Both the position numbers and the translations under genes were made by a program. From an uncultured virus (IMG/VR IMGVR_UViG_3300034158_000001) (lineage: Duplodnaviria > Heunggongvirae > Uroviricota > Caudoviricetes), in the IMG/VR virus record IMGVR_UViG_3300034158_000001: 64,000 bases of DNA. One strand, given 5' to 3'. Below, piece by piece: positions 44,264 to 53,171 of the stretch; position 1 is the first letter of the stretch, and each line of letters begins with the position of its first letter. Below the pieces are notes generated by a model. The model saw nothing but the letters and a program-made list of their open reading frames with translations, had not been told where the DNA came from and searched no databases.

Positions 44264-45127
44264 ATGTCTAGTTCTTTGAGAGCAGACGCCTCTGGTATCC
44301 TAGGGGCACTTACAATCAATGGTGTTGACTCTGTAACATTTGACGCTGCTGGTATCACTGGCGGGATGGAACACCCATTGAAGTCTATCGTGGCCTCCGT
44401 AGCTTCCAACGCACTTACAGTTGGCCTTGCAGCAACCACACTTGAATTCCGTAGTGCCACATTGTCTATTGGTGCCACAACTCGTTTGGTTACTCCATCT
44501 CTGACAATGACAATTCCTACAGGAGCGACCCTTGGTTCTGTAAGTGGTGTGTCGTCCCGCGTACTCATCCTAGCCATTAACGCTTCTGGTGTTGTAGAGC
44601 TTGCAGTTGTTAACCAGACAGGTGCAGCAGCTACAAGTTTGGACGAGTCTGGTTTGATCAGTACGACAGCCCTTACAACAGGCTCTACATCTGCAAACGT
44701 TGTCTACTCCACAACAGCACGAACTAACGTTCCATTCCGTGTTGTTGGGTCTGTTGACTCCACACAAGCCACAGCAGGGACATGGGCAACAACCCCATCC
44801 CTAGTTACGCCTTGTGGTGGTAACGCACTGACTTCGATGGCAAGCCTCGGTTATGGTCAATTCTGGCAAACAATGACAGGAAGCCGAGTAGCCAACACCA
44901 ACTACACAAACACAACAGGAAGGCCAATTGTGGTTGCTGCCACTATTACAGGTAGCGGCGGTGCAATCACCGCAATCCTTAAAGTTGATGGAAAAGACAT
45001 TTGCACTACCTACCCAAGCACAGCAGGTTCTCCCTACGTTACAGTCTCTGCCATCGTTCCACACGGCTCTGTATACCAAATCTTTACAGCAAGTGCAACT
45101 CTTAGCGCAGTGTATGAGCTGAGATAA
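44264..45127 (+). CDS. Tail fibre tip module (longer)
   Basis: GQFWQ...R..NTNYTNTTGRPI...YELR C-terminal domain. Confidence 0.7.
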   Translation: MSSSLRADASGILGALTINGVDSVTFDAAGITGGMEHPLKSIVASVASNALTVGLAATTLEFRSATLSIGATTRLVTPSLTMTIPTGATLGSVSGVSSRVLILAINASGVVELAVVNQTGAAATSLDESGLISTTALTTGSTSANVVYSTTARTNVPFRVVGSVDSTQATAGTWATTPSLVTPCGGNALTSMASLGYGQFWQTMTGSRVANTNYTNTTGRPIVVAATITGSGGAITAILKVDGKDICTTYPSTAGSPYVTVSAIVPHGSVYQIFTASATLSAVYELR

Positions 45128-45155
45128 TTAAGCTACCTCTACACAGGATAATCTA

Positions 45156-46595
45156 ATGCCTAACATTACAAAACCAACCGGCCTGAGTAACATCTGGGCC
45201 AACGGTGGAACAAAGATTGATCCCGGTGCGACTAAGGTTAACATCGGGTGGGTTGTCCAACTTCCACCATACGAATACCAAAACTGGGTTGACAACCGTC
45301 AAGATCGTGCCATTGCTCACATTAACCAGCATGGTGTTGCAGAGTGGGACGCTACAACTGAATACCAAGGACTTCTTAGCTACACGCAAGGAAGCGATGG
45401 TGTCATTTACAAGTGCCTGCAAACAAACACGAACAAAGACCCGTCTAACACACTTAACAACTTGTTCTGGGCTGTGGCTTTCGAGCAGTACGGAAGCGTA
45501 GCTGTTGTATCCACTACACTAGCTGCACACATCACAAACTACCAAACTCTGGCTGGCATCGGTAACCTATCGGCAGCACGTGCGAACCTTTCTGTTTATT
45601 CGAAAGTTGAAAGCGACACAAGATTTGCTGGTTTGAACGGAAGCCCTAGTCAAGTGTTCTCTATTGCTGTTGCAACTCAACCAGAGCATGCTGTACGTCT
45701 TGGTCAGGTTGCTGGATTGCTTACACAAGCAACAGAATCCACACTTGGTGTTGTTAAACTCGCCACAACAGGCTCCACTGAAGCTGGTGTTGATGACCTG
45801 ACAGCCATCACGCCTCTAAAGGGTAACGCCGTTTACGTCAAGAAGTCTGGAAACCTCGCTGGTCTGGCTAACTACGCAACAGCACGTTCCAACCTTGGAC
45901 TTGGTACAGCAGCGGTTCAGAACGTAGAGCTGTTCGCTCAAGTGGCAAACAACCTCAGTGACCTTGCAAGCCCTTCTGCTGCACGTTCTAACCTTGGCCT
46001 AACCAGCACAGCGACTCAGCCAGAGAACTACTTCCTGAGAGCGTCCCAGAACCTCTCGGACTTGGCTAACGTTTCTCTGTCTCGTTCTAACCTTGGATTG
46101 ACGACCACTGCCACAACACCACTGTCCAGCATTATGCTTAAAGCTGATAACTTGGCAGGGCTTGCTGACGTTGCACAGGCTCGTACAAACCTTGGATTGG
46201 GCTCTGCTGCTACACAGGCAACTAACACTTTCCTACAGCGTGCTAACAACCTGTCTGACCTAAGTAACGTTCAAGCAGCGAGAAACAGTTTGGATGTGTA
46301 CTCCCGTGCAGAGGTTAACACCTTGGCTATCGGGGTTGGGCAAACTTGGCAGGATGTTAGAGGCATTCGTACTCCGGGTGTGACTTACACGAACAACACA
46401 AGTGGTCCAATCATGGTAATCATGCAGTTTTATGGGCTGAACTCTACTTACATCTTCTACTTGAACGGGCGTTCTATTACCTATTCTCACTCTGGAGCTG
46501 TTACTGGTGTTACTGGAGCATTTAGTTGTATCATCCCTGTTGGAGACACTTACGCCTTTAACGCCATTCCACAAGTTCTAATGGAATTGAGATAA
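45156..46595 (+). CDS. Tail fibre protein 2
   Basis: N-terminus paralogous to fibre 1; NLSDLA..ARSNLGL repeats; GQTWQDV...MELR tip. Confidence 0.85.
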   Translation: MPNITKPTGLSNIWANGGTKIDPGATKVNIGWVVQLPPYEYQNWVDNRQDRAIAHINQHGVAEWDATTEYQGLLSYTQGSDGVIYKCLQTNTNKDPSNTLNNLFWAVAFEQYGSVAVVSTTLAAHITNYQTLAGIGNLSAARANLSVYSKVESDTRFAGLNGSPSQVFSIAVATQPEHAVRLGQVAGLLTQATESTLGVVKLATTGSTEAGVDDLTAITPLKGNAVYVKKSGNLAGLANYATARSNLGLGTAAVQNVELFAQVANNLSDLASPSAARSNLGLTSTATQPENYFLRASQNLSDLANVSLSRSNLGLTTTATTPLSSIMLKADNLAGLADVAQARTNLGLGSAATQATNTFLQRANNLSDLSNVQAARNSLDVYSRAEVNTLAIGVGQTWQDVRGIRTPGVTYTNNTSGPIMVIMQFYGLNSTYIFYLNGRSITYSHSGAVTGVTGAFSCIIPVGDTYAFNAIPQVLMELR

Positions 46596-47149
46596 TGGGA
46601 ATTAAACAGAGACTGGCAGCCGCTGGGCTGACAGCTTCTCTGATCCTTGCCGGGGGCACTTTGATTGCCCCTTGGGAGGGAAAGGAGAATGTAGCGTACA
46701 AAGACATTGTTGGAGTTTGGACACAGTGCTATGGAAACACTAACAACGTTGACCGCAGTAAACCAAAGACAGATGACCAGTGTACCGACGAACTTGCAAG
46801 AGAGGTCGTCAACTACAACGCAAAGATGAAGAAGTATGTGAAAGTTGAAATGACCGTTGGTCAAGAGGCTGCATTCACTTCCTTTGTGTACAACGTAGGT
46901 GAAGGAACTTGGCAAAGAGGCACTCCGCTTAAACTGTTGAACTCTGGCAAGTACACAGAAGCATGCCAGTACCTAATGAGATACAACAAAGCTGGTGGTA
47001 AGGCCGTTGCTGGTCTTACAAATAGAAGAAAGGCAGAGATGGAGGTTTGTCTCGGAAACAACAAACAAGCCATTGACGAAGCGAACAGGATTTTCGAATC
47101 GTATAAAGATGGCGACTATATCGACATTATGTCGGGAGGTAAGCTGTGA
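46595..47149 (+). CDS. SAR endolysin (GH24 lysozyme)
   Basis: N-terminal Gly/Ala-rich SAR helix; E-x8-D-x5-T catalytic triad; GLTNRRKAE. Confidence 0.9.
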   Translation: MGIKQRLAAAGLTASLILAGGTLIAPWEGKENVAYKDIVGVWTQCYGNTNNVDRSKPKTDDQCTDELAREVVNYNAKMKKYVKVEMTVGQEAAFTSFVYNVGEGTWQRGTPLKLLNSGKYTEACQYLMRYNKAGGKAVAGLTNRRKAEMEVCLGNNKQAIDEANRIFESYKDGDYIDIMSGGKL

Positions 47150-47376
47150 GTATAAAAACACACCTAAAGCATAACTACAAAACCTACATCATGGCAACTA
47201 ATGCAATGATTGCAGTAGCTACAGCGGCTTTTGCAGTTCTAGGTATTTTCTCTGGCTCACTTACAACTCCAGTTCTTGTTGGAAACACCGCCGTCTTCGG
47301 AGTAATCTGGGCTGTTGGTAAGTTTGGAAATGAGCAACTTGAGGATATGGAGCACGAGGGTTACTGTCATGTTTAA
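47146..47376 (+). CDS. Holin (pinholin candidate)
   Basis: 76 aa with two TM helices, adjacent to the endolysin. Confidence 0.6.
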   Translation: MSIKTHLKHNYKTYIMATNAMIAVATAAFAVLGIFSGSLTTPVLVGNTAVFGVIWAVGKFGNEQLEDMEHEGYCHV

Positions 47377-47791
47377 CTACTTGATCGGCATTCTGCTCGC
47401 CATTACCGTTGCCTGTAGTGGGTTCGCCTACTACGAGTACAACCAAGTGCAGAGACTGTCTGTTGAGGTTGGTACTTATAAGAGTGCCGCTGCTGCAAAC
47501 CTGAAAGCCAAAGAAGACTCGGATGCCTCTTGTTTAGTCACAGTAGACACCTTGAATGGATACTACAATCGAAAGGCTGAAACTGAGGCTGTCTCTAAAG
47601 CTATCCAAAGCTCGATTGACAGCTTGCCAACCCTGACTATCAAGGAGAAAGCTAATGAAGCTCCTACAAAGAGCCAGACACCTTCTACAAGGTACTCTGA
47701 TGATGATCGTCTTAGCCCTGACCTTATGCGCTTGCTCGACAACGCATACTGTAACGGTAGAGAAGACAATTGTACTTCGCCCACCAAGTGA
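47369..47791 (+). CDS. i-spanin (Rz-like)
   Basis: N-terminal TM helix plus periplasmic coiled coil. Confidence 0.7.
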   Translation: MFNYLIGILLAITVACSGFAYYEYNQVQRLSVEVGTYKSAAAANLKAKEDSDASCLVTVDTLNGYYNRKAETEAVSKAIQSSIDSLPTLTIKEKANEAPTKSQTPSTRYSDDDRLSPDLMRLLDNAYCNGREDNCTSPTK

Positions 47792-47969
47792 GTATTTGGT
47801 GACATGTATACCTGAACGTGTTAAGGAAGACACAGTTCGTGCGTTGGCTCACGCTTATGTGACCAACACAACCGAAGTATGGACTTGCAATAACAGAATC
47901 CAGTCCTATAAAGAGTGGCTGGAGCGACAGGAGAAGATTTATGGCGACGGCAACAGCCACAGCAAATGA
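47655..47969 (+). CDS. o-spanin (Rz1-like lipoprotein)
   Basis: Lipobox LCAC, Pro/Cys-containing; overlaps the i-spanin 3' end in another frame; AAGGAG RBS. Confidence 0.7.
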   Translation: MKLLQRARHLLQGTLMMIVLALTLCACSTTHTVTVEKTIVLRPPSEYLVTCIPERVKEDTVRALAHAYVTNTTEVWTCNNRIQSYKEWLERQEKIYGDGNSHSK

Positions 47970-48243
47970 TATGCTCAAATCTGTTTTGAGCTACATTGCA
48001 GGCGCACTGCTTATGGTCGTAATGGCGGTTGTTGGTTTCCAGCAACAGCAGATTGGAAAGCTTGACGATAAGATTTACACTCTTCAGGCAACGACTGTAA
48101 CAGAAGATAAACTTAACACAGCAATTAATAGACTCTCTGTAGAGATTGACACTAAGATTAGTGGTATCAAGAACGAGCAGCAAATCACGAACAAGTGGCT
48201 TGAGCGAGTTGTTCTAGACAGAGGGGCATCTGGAAGAAAGTAA
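47941..48243 (+). CDS. Membrane protein (TM plus coiled coil)
   Basis: Single N-terminal TM helix; end of the lysis operon. Confidence 0.65.
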   Translation: MATATATANDMLKSVLSYIAGALLMVVMAVVGFQQQQIGKLDDKIYTLQATTVTEDKLNTAINRLSVEIDTKISGIKNEQQITNKWLERVVLDRGASGRK

Positions 48244-48253
48244 GGGGAACTTT

Positions 48254-48577
48254 ATGGCAAGGAATACAGATTGGACGTTGGTATCTGCTGTTGGCGCCCT
48301 TCTGATTGCCCTCCTTGTTTGCATTTGTCTTCTGGCTTTCCCCTCATACAACAATAAAACAAGCCAGATGGAATTAGAGGTAGCGAAACAGGACTACCAA
48401 AGACAGTTGATGGCTATCGACAGGAAGTACGAAACAAAGATCAACAACCTCCAAGAGCAGATAAGTGCTCTGCAATTCGTAGGAAACAAGCGCTATGAGT
48501 TGATGGATGATGACGTTAAAAGGAATAAACGTGATATTGATGACCTTAGAGAAAGAATGAAGGCCCGTACTCGGTAG
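48254..48577 (+). CDS. Membrane protein (TM plus coiled coil)
   Basis: Single N-terminal TM helix; end of the lysis operon. Confidence 0.65.
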   Translation: MARNTDWTLVSAVGALLIALLVCICLLAFPSYNNKTSQMELEVAKQDYQRQLMAIDRKYETKINNLQEQISALQFVGNKRYELMDDDVKRNKRDIDDLRERMKARTR

Positions 48578-48592
48578 AGTCGGGCCTTTTGT
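48560..48592. terminator. Terminator between convergent units (possibly bidirectional)
   Basis: AAGGCCCG.ACTC ggta GAGT CGGGCCTTTT. Confidence 0.75.
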
Positions 48593-48604
48593 TTGTCTAC
48601 AACT

Positions 48605-48793
48605 TTACTTCCAGCGGCTTACATAAGTCTGCTTGCCACAACTTGGGCAGGTGATGCGATACCAACTATCCCCTCCACCCCCATAATCTCTGGAGAAGCC
48701 TTCTGTGATGTCATGATATCCGTACTCAAGTTTTGCTTGACAGGTCTGACATACACACTGTTTAGTTGCAGCTTGTTCAACTACACGTACCAT
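48605..48793 (-). CDS. Small zinc-ribbon protein
   Basis: CQTC...CPSC motif. Confidence 0.65.
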   Translation of the reverse strand: MVRVVEQAATKQCVCQTCQAKLEYGYHDITEGFSRDYGGGGDSWYRITCPSCGKQTYVSRWK

Positions 48794-49941
48794 TATTCCT
48801 CCTTCAGCAAGTATGCGTTGCTGATAGCTTTGAACGAGAAGTCACGCTTAGTGCTCTTGTAGACGGAGCCTTCACGGAACTTACCTTTGACGCCACTTGG
48901 ACCTTCAGCACGAAGCAGAAGCTCAGCAACAGTCGGAGCTTTGAGCACGCCAGTGTAGTTGACTGGGACGTGTTTAACACCCTGGTCAGTACAGAATTTG
49001 ATGCGTTCAGCAGTAAGCATGTAGCGCTGTTCATCAATCAGGAAAACGTCGTAGCAGAAGAATGTGTTATTGTCCAGACCTTCAAAGTTCTTCTGGATAG
49101 ACGGACCACACATTTCACCCTGAATGGCGATGTTACGGCCATCACGGCGAATAGCTTCAATCAGTCCAGCTTCTGTCACCATCTGAGTGAAGGCATTGTC
49201 GTCCTTCTTGATCACACGCTCCCACTTGCAGCGATGTACAGCCATGCCGCGATTCCACCACTGATCAAACCAGCTACGAATAGTAGAAACCAGAGAACGT
49301 TTTTCGTCCTCCATCCGAAAGCCCACGTTACGGCTAGCCACACCAGCCACCCCGTCACGAACAAACGCAGTGAGAGAGCTTCCGTCCAGCTTAAAAGATT
49401 CTTCAAATTCTTCTCCATCGGCTACAGCCTTCAAGTATAGGTTAGTGATGTTCTGTACGCGAGTCTGATCAGTCTTTGGTACAAACTTAGGGAAACCCAA
49501 TGCAGACTTACCAGTCTTGACGCCAGTGCCACCAGTGTTATTCATGCTGGCTTCTTCAGCCTTCTCATACTTGACAACACCCAAGAAGTCTGTCATGTCA
49601 TAGCCAACCTCTGCGTTAAGGCCAGTTACAGACAATGGGATCAAGTAGCCTTGAGAAAGTTGCTTACGCAGCTTCATGGTTTTTACACGAGCGTGGGTAC
49701 GTCCATCTACGTTGTGGAGCAGTTTAGAACTCCAGTTGGCTGCATCAGCGAAATAAGGACGCTCTGTGTCTAGCAGAGAATCTACCTCAAAATATACAGC
49801 TTTGGTGAGTGCGGGCTCGTACAAACCCTTCTGCACGACCACCTGCCAGCCGCCAATGAGAGCCAGCTCAATGCGGTCAGCACCTTCAATAGGAAGTAGT
49901 TGATCGATCAGTACGATACGAGCGAGGGAACGTTCAGCCAT
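48793..49941 (-). CDS. RNA ligase, Rnl2/DRB0094 family
   Basis: N-terminal OB module (PIEGADRIE..GWQVVV), KTDQTRVQN, KLDGSS, QGE, REGSVYK and FKAISN.YL motifs. Confidence 0.88.
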   Translation of the reverse strand: MAERSLARIVLIDQLLPIEGADRIELALIGGWQVVVQKGLYEPALTKAVYFEVDSLLDTERPYFADAANWSSKLLHNVDGRTHARVKTMKLRKQLSQGYLIPLSVTGLNAEVGYDMTDFLGVVKYEKAEEASMNNTGGTGVKTGKSALGFPKFVPKTDQTRVQNITNLYLKAVADGEEFEESFKLDGSSLTAFVRDGVAGVASRNVGFRMEDEKRSLVSTIRSWFDQWWNRGMAVHRCKWERVIKKDDNAFTQMVTEAGLIEAIRRDGRNIAIQGEMCGPSIQKNFEGLDNNTFFCYDVFLIDEQRYMLTAERIKFCTDQGVKHVPVNYTGVLKAPTVAELLLRAEGPSGVKGKFREGSVYKSTKRDFSFKAISNAYLLKEE

Positions 49942-49972
49942 TTTTAAATCTCCTTGTGTTTTGATGTGGTGG

Positions 49973-50032
49973 AGTCTACAGGATGTTGGAATCGTGTCAA
50001 CCACTTGACAGAAAAACTTTTCATGGTAATCT
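49973..50032. promoter_or_regulatory. Back-to-back promoters: leftward TTGACA-N16-TAGACT and rightward TTGACA-N16-TAATCT
   Basis: Direct reading; rightward TSS ~50039 coincides with the first stem of ncRNA copy 2. Confidence 0.7.
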
Positions 50033-50039
50033 GCACACA

Positions 50040-50323
50040 TCGCAGGAGAGACATGTCGGGCGAAAGCCTCCCTCACCGGCCTGCGGGAGTACACCCCATG
50101 AAGAGGATGCTGTAGGGGTCACTGAGGTTGAATGAGAGAACAGTGCAGCGATGACCTCTATAGAGGGAAGGCTCTCAATCTATAGCGTCCCATGACGCCG
50201 ACTTGCGATCTCAATTTTGGATAGCAAAGGATAAACCTCAAGGCATGTCGAGGCGATTCAGTTCGTATGGCAAGCCTTGGGATAGGTTTATCTCGACAAT
50301 ACGAAACTCATTTTGGATAGGAG
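50040..50323 (+). ncRNA. Putative large structured ncRNA, copy 2
   Basis: Homologous to 17196-17481, with compensatory changes. Confidence 0.75.
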
Positions 50324-50330
50324 CAAAGAT

Positions 50331-50633
50331 ATGTGTCAAGTGGTAAATAGGAACCACATGTCTGTGAACATGAATGATCCTGACATTGTGTATATAGGAA
50401 GGGGCAGCATCTGGGGCAATCCTTTCCACATAGGTGGCTCTGGCAGACGTACTCGTGAACAGGTGATAGAAATGTACAGAAAATATCTGTGGGAGCGCCT
50501 ACGTGTTGGGTATTTCACACTTGATATGCTGAAAGCTCTTGACGGGAAGCGACTTGCTTGCTATTGTGCTCCTAAGCAATGTCATGGCGACATTATAAAA
50601 CGAGCCGTCCGGTGGGCGAAGGAGCAACAGTGA
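50331..50633 (+). CDS. DUF4326-like protein
   Basis: VYIGRGSIWGNPF, L.GKRLACYCAPKQCHGD motifs. Confidence 0.8.
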   Translation: MCQVVNRNHMSVNMNDPDIVYIGRGSIWGNPFHIGGSGRRTREQVIEMYRKYLWERLRVGYFTLDMLKALDGKRLACYCAPKQCHGDIIKRAVRWAKEQQ

Positions 50634-50758
50634 AAAACTTCGTACTGACAACCCTATTATGTACATGCCTTCTCTTAGGCTGTACTCAGAAAGATAGCTC
50701 TGATGGTCACAACAAGACCCTCGGCGACTATATCATTGAAGACCTTATGGACGACTGA
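50630..50758 (+). CDS. Small lipoprotein (42 aa)
   Basis: MKNFVLTTLLCTCLLLGCTQ...; lipobox LLGC; AAGGAG RBS. Confidence 0.6.
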   Translation: MKNFVLTTLLCTCLLLGCTQKDSSDGHNKTLGDYIIEDLMDD

Positions 50759-50760
50759 CA

Positions 50761-50973
50761 ATGAGATTTACAATGGGTTTAGCTGTATTTGCTTTCACCA
50801 TGTTTGGTTCTATGTTCTTTGTGATGGGCAGTCACTTTGACGCAGAGAAAATGGCTTGCATTAGGGCTGGTGGTGATGGTAAGATTATCCACAGTGAACT
50901 TGGGATGCCAATCGGATACAAGTGTATGAGAATGCACTTAGTCATGAAATATAAAAATGGAGAGTACAGATGA
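50761..50973 (+). CDS. Small membrane protein
   Basis: N-terminal TM helix. Confidence 0.55.
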   Translation: MRFTMGLAVFAFTMFGSMFFVMGSHFDAEKMACIRAGGDGKIIHSELGMPIGYKCMRMHLVMKYKNGEYR

Positions 50974-51164
50974 ACAATGAGCTAATGGCAGCATTTAAGT
51001 CGTTGCGGGTTTCTGAGCGAACAACTGTACTACAAGACCTGGGCTATAGCATGCACCCAGCAGTCCATGAAACTGGTGCAGAGTTCGCCACACGTGTCCT
51101 ACGTCAAGTGAGTAGTGATGGAGTTGTACGCGAGCTTGAGAACGCTATGCGGAGGTTTCAGTAG
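50970..51164 (+). CDS. Hypothetical protein
   Basis: 64-aa operon ORF. Confidence 0.6.
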   Translation: MNNELMAAFKSLRVSERTTVLQDLGYSMHPAVHETGAEFATRVLRQVSSDGVVRELENAMRRFQ

Positions 51165-51520
51165 TGGAGCATAGATTCGAGATTGACCACACACGGAATA
51201 TCGATCCCTGGGCACGTACAGACTTCATGATGGCTAAACCAAAGGTGATAGCTGTTGACTTTGATGAAACGATCAGCGACAATGAGAGTGCGTGGCTGCT
51301 ACTGATGCTGATACTTGAGCGTCATGGCTACCATGTGGTAGTCTGTACATGGAGAAAACCTACAACCTATCCAGAAGATTTACAATTTCTGGTTGACAAG
51401 GGCTTCAAGGTGTATTACACTTCAGGCCAAGCAAAACAAACATACATGGAAAAGCAGGGTGTGAAAGTCTCCATCTGGATTGACGATAACCCTTTCTCTA
51501 TCCTTAACAGCTCCAATTAG
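51164..51520 (+). CDS. HAD-family phosphatase (Pnkp 3'-phosphatase-like)
   Basis: IAVDFDETI, VCTWR, K and IWIDD motifs. Confidence 0.75.
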   Translation: MEHRFEIDHTRNIDPWARTDFMMAKPKVIAVDFDETISDNESAWLLLMLILERHGYHVVVCTWRKPTTYPEDLQFLVDKGFKVYYTSGQAKQTYMEKQGVKVSIWIDDNPFSILNSSN

Positions 51521-51528
51521 GAGGTTTT

Positions 51529-51927
51529 ATGTACGGTGCAATTCATCTTGACGAACTGATCAACTGCGGTGATGTAAACCTTGTGAAGGAGTTCTTCGGT
51601 GACTCTAGCTGGCGAATCCTGCCACTAGATGCTAGGCCAGAAGACAAGTTTGTTGCTGAGATGGTATTCGGGAGACTGGATCACGATATGTTCCCAGGCA
51701 GTACTGTGGCCCACGGCCATATCTACAATGACCCTCGTGGAATCTTTCGTGACGGGGACAGGGTTCGTACATCTGTTGTGAAGCAGATCGTTGAGATCGG
51801 TGGAGAGCTGTACATCGAAACCCGTAACACAATGTACAAACTGATTGAGGCTCCTGCACGTCAGTCACCTATTCGCATTGACACAATCATGCGTGATCAT
51901 GACGAACGTGGTTTTCAACCTAAATAA
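51529..51927 (+). CDS. Hypothetical protein
   Basis: G.IY.D.RG.F.DG..VRTS...ETRNTMY motif. Confidence 0.65.
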   Translation: MYGAIHLDELINCGDVNLVKEFFGDSSWRILPLDARPEDKFVAEMVFGRLDHDMFPGSTVAHGHIYNDPRGIFRDGDRVRTSVVKQIVEIGGELYIETRNTMYKLIEAPARQSPIRIDTIMRDHDERGFQPK

Positions 51928-51940
51928 GTGAGGTGTTTAA

Positions 51941-52180
51941 ATGTCTAAAGGTCTTGAGTACCAATTCTGCACTGGTTGGGAAAGCTGGGATGAGGTAGAC
52001 ACCTTCTGCCTTCAGTTCACTGAGGCGAGACTTCGTCCTGAAATTGCGGCTATTGTTGGTTGGGACGTTGCTGAAGTCATGGCGATTGACTGTTCTAGCA
52101 ATATTGTATCGTTTTACTTGGCAGACGGTAGTGAGCAAGAATACCCGTTTACTGCACAATTAGTGGTTGACAAGGCGTAA
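51941..52180 (+). CDS. Hypothetical protein
   Basis: 79 aa, GAGG RBS. Confidence 0.6.
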   Translation: MSKGLEYQFCTGWESWDEVDTFCLQFTEARLRPEIAAIVGWDVAEVMAIDCSSNIVSFYLADGSEQEYPFTAQLVVDKA

Positions 52181-52194
52181 AAACCTGTTACAAT
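52167..52194 (+). promoter_or_regulatory. Promoter TTGACA-N16-TACAAT
   Basis: Direct reading, upstream of the coiled-coil gene and RNA unit. Confidence 0.8.
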
Positions 52195-52226
52195 GACCAA
52201 ATCAAATATCAAAGGAGAGAATCAAA

Positions 52227-52844
52227 ATGGCACAGATTTCAATTACACGCGCTTTGGCTGAAGTAAAATCCCTGAATGACCGTATCGAGAAAGCCACTCG
52301 ACAAGGCGTCTTCCTAACTGTTACTGTTGGGGGCAAGACCACTAATGGCGTTGCACTCCAGGACGCTCAGAACCAGTTGAAGTCCAACCTTCAATCGATC
52401 CAAGACCTGATTGCTCGTCGCCAAGCAGTCAAGACTGCAATTATCCGTTCGAACTCTGTGGCTACTGTCACAATCAACGGTAAAGAGCTTACTGTGGCTG
52501 AGGCCATTGAGCGTAAAGGCTCCATCGACAAAGAGCGTGCTCTGATGGCTGTAATGCAGCAGCAACTGGCCCAGGCACGTTCAGTTGTAGAACGTAATAA
52601 CGTTCAGATGCAAGGCCGTATCGACACAATGCTCCAGGCTGCTGTTGGTAAGGAGCGTAAGGCTACCGAAGAAGAACTGGAAGCCATCAGCAAACCGTAC
52701 ACTGCTTCTAACGTCACTGCCACACTGGACCCTAACGGGCTGGAAGCCGTGATCGCTAAGCTTGAGGCTGAAATCAACGGCTTCTTGTTTGAGGTTGATT
52801 TCGCTCTGTCTGAGGCTAACGCCAAGACTCTGATCGAGGCGTAA
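52227..52844 (+). CDS. Coiled-coil protein (possibly DIP1984/DUF6847-related)
   Basis: All-helical; ITRALAEVK, AIIRSN..T.ING..LTVAEAI and ALSEANA.T.I segments; highly biased codons. Confidence 0.75.
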   Translation: MAQISITRALAEVKSLNDRIEKATRQGVFLTVTVGGKTTNGVALQDAQNQLKSNLQSIQDLIARRQAVKTAIIRSNSVATVTINGKELTVAEAIERKGSIDKERALMAVMQQQLAQARSVVERNNVQMQGRIDTMLQAAVGKERKATEEELEAISKPYTASNVTATLDPNGLEAVIAKLEAEINGFLFEVDFALSEANAKTLIEA

Positions 52845-52855
52845 CAAAAGTTTAC

Positions 52856-53163
52856 TCATGCTGCGACGAATTGCCTAAATTCACGCAACCCATTCCTCGG
52901 GGGTATATCCGGGGAGCCTATTAAGAATGGTATTCTAACCAAATCTAAGCATAGATTGCGGGTCGTTGTACCCGCTACGCATTGACTAAGATCAAAGTTC
53001 AAATAGGAAAGCTGCAAAGCTAAAAGATTAAGGGCTTTAGAGCCATCTCAACCTTTTAAAGCTTTAACCAGTATCGATACAAAGCTTCTCCAAATCTTGG
53101 ATACACGTTGAGACGTATCTGCGTGACGGACGCTGGCAATGCACCGAGCTGTCGTTAGCATGA
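52856..53163 (+). ncRNA. Putative ~310-nt structured RNA with an AAAG(C/T)T-repeat loop
   Basis: Nested long-range stems join the two ends; several hairpins; no ORF; followed by a terminator. Confidence 0.7.
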
Positions 53164-53171
53164 ACCCCATT

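Noticed and set aside
49942..50094. N-terminal extension of the 433-aa ligase ORF
   Set aside because: It spans the divergent promoters and the start of ncRNA copy 2; the true start is MAERS at 49941 with an AAGGAG RBS.
52988..53097. CRISPR array or retron msr-msd
   Set aside because: The repeats are 6-8 nt without spacers of CRISPR length, and there is no cas or reverse transcriptase gene in the window.
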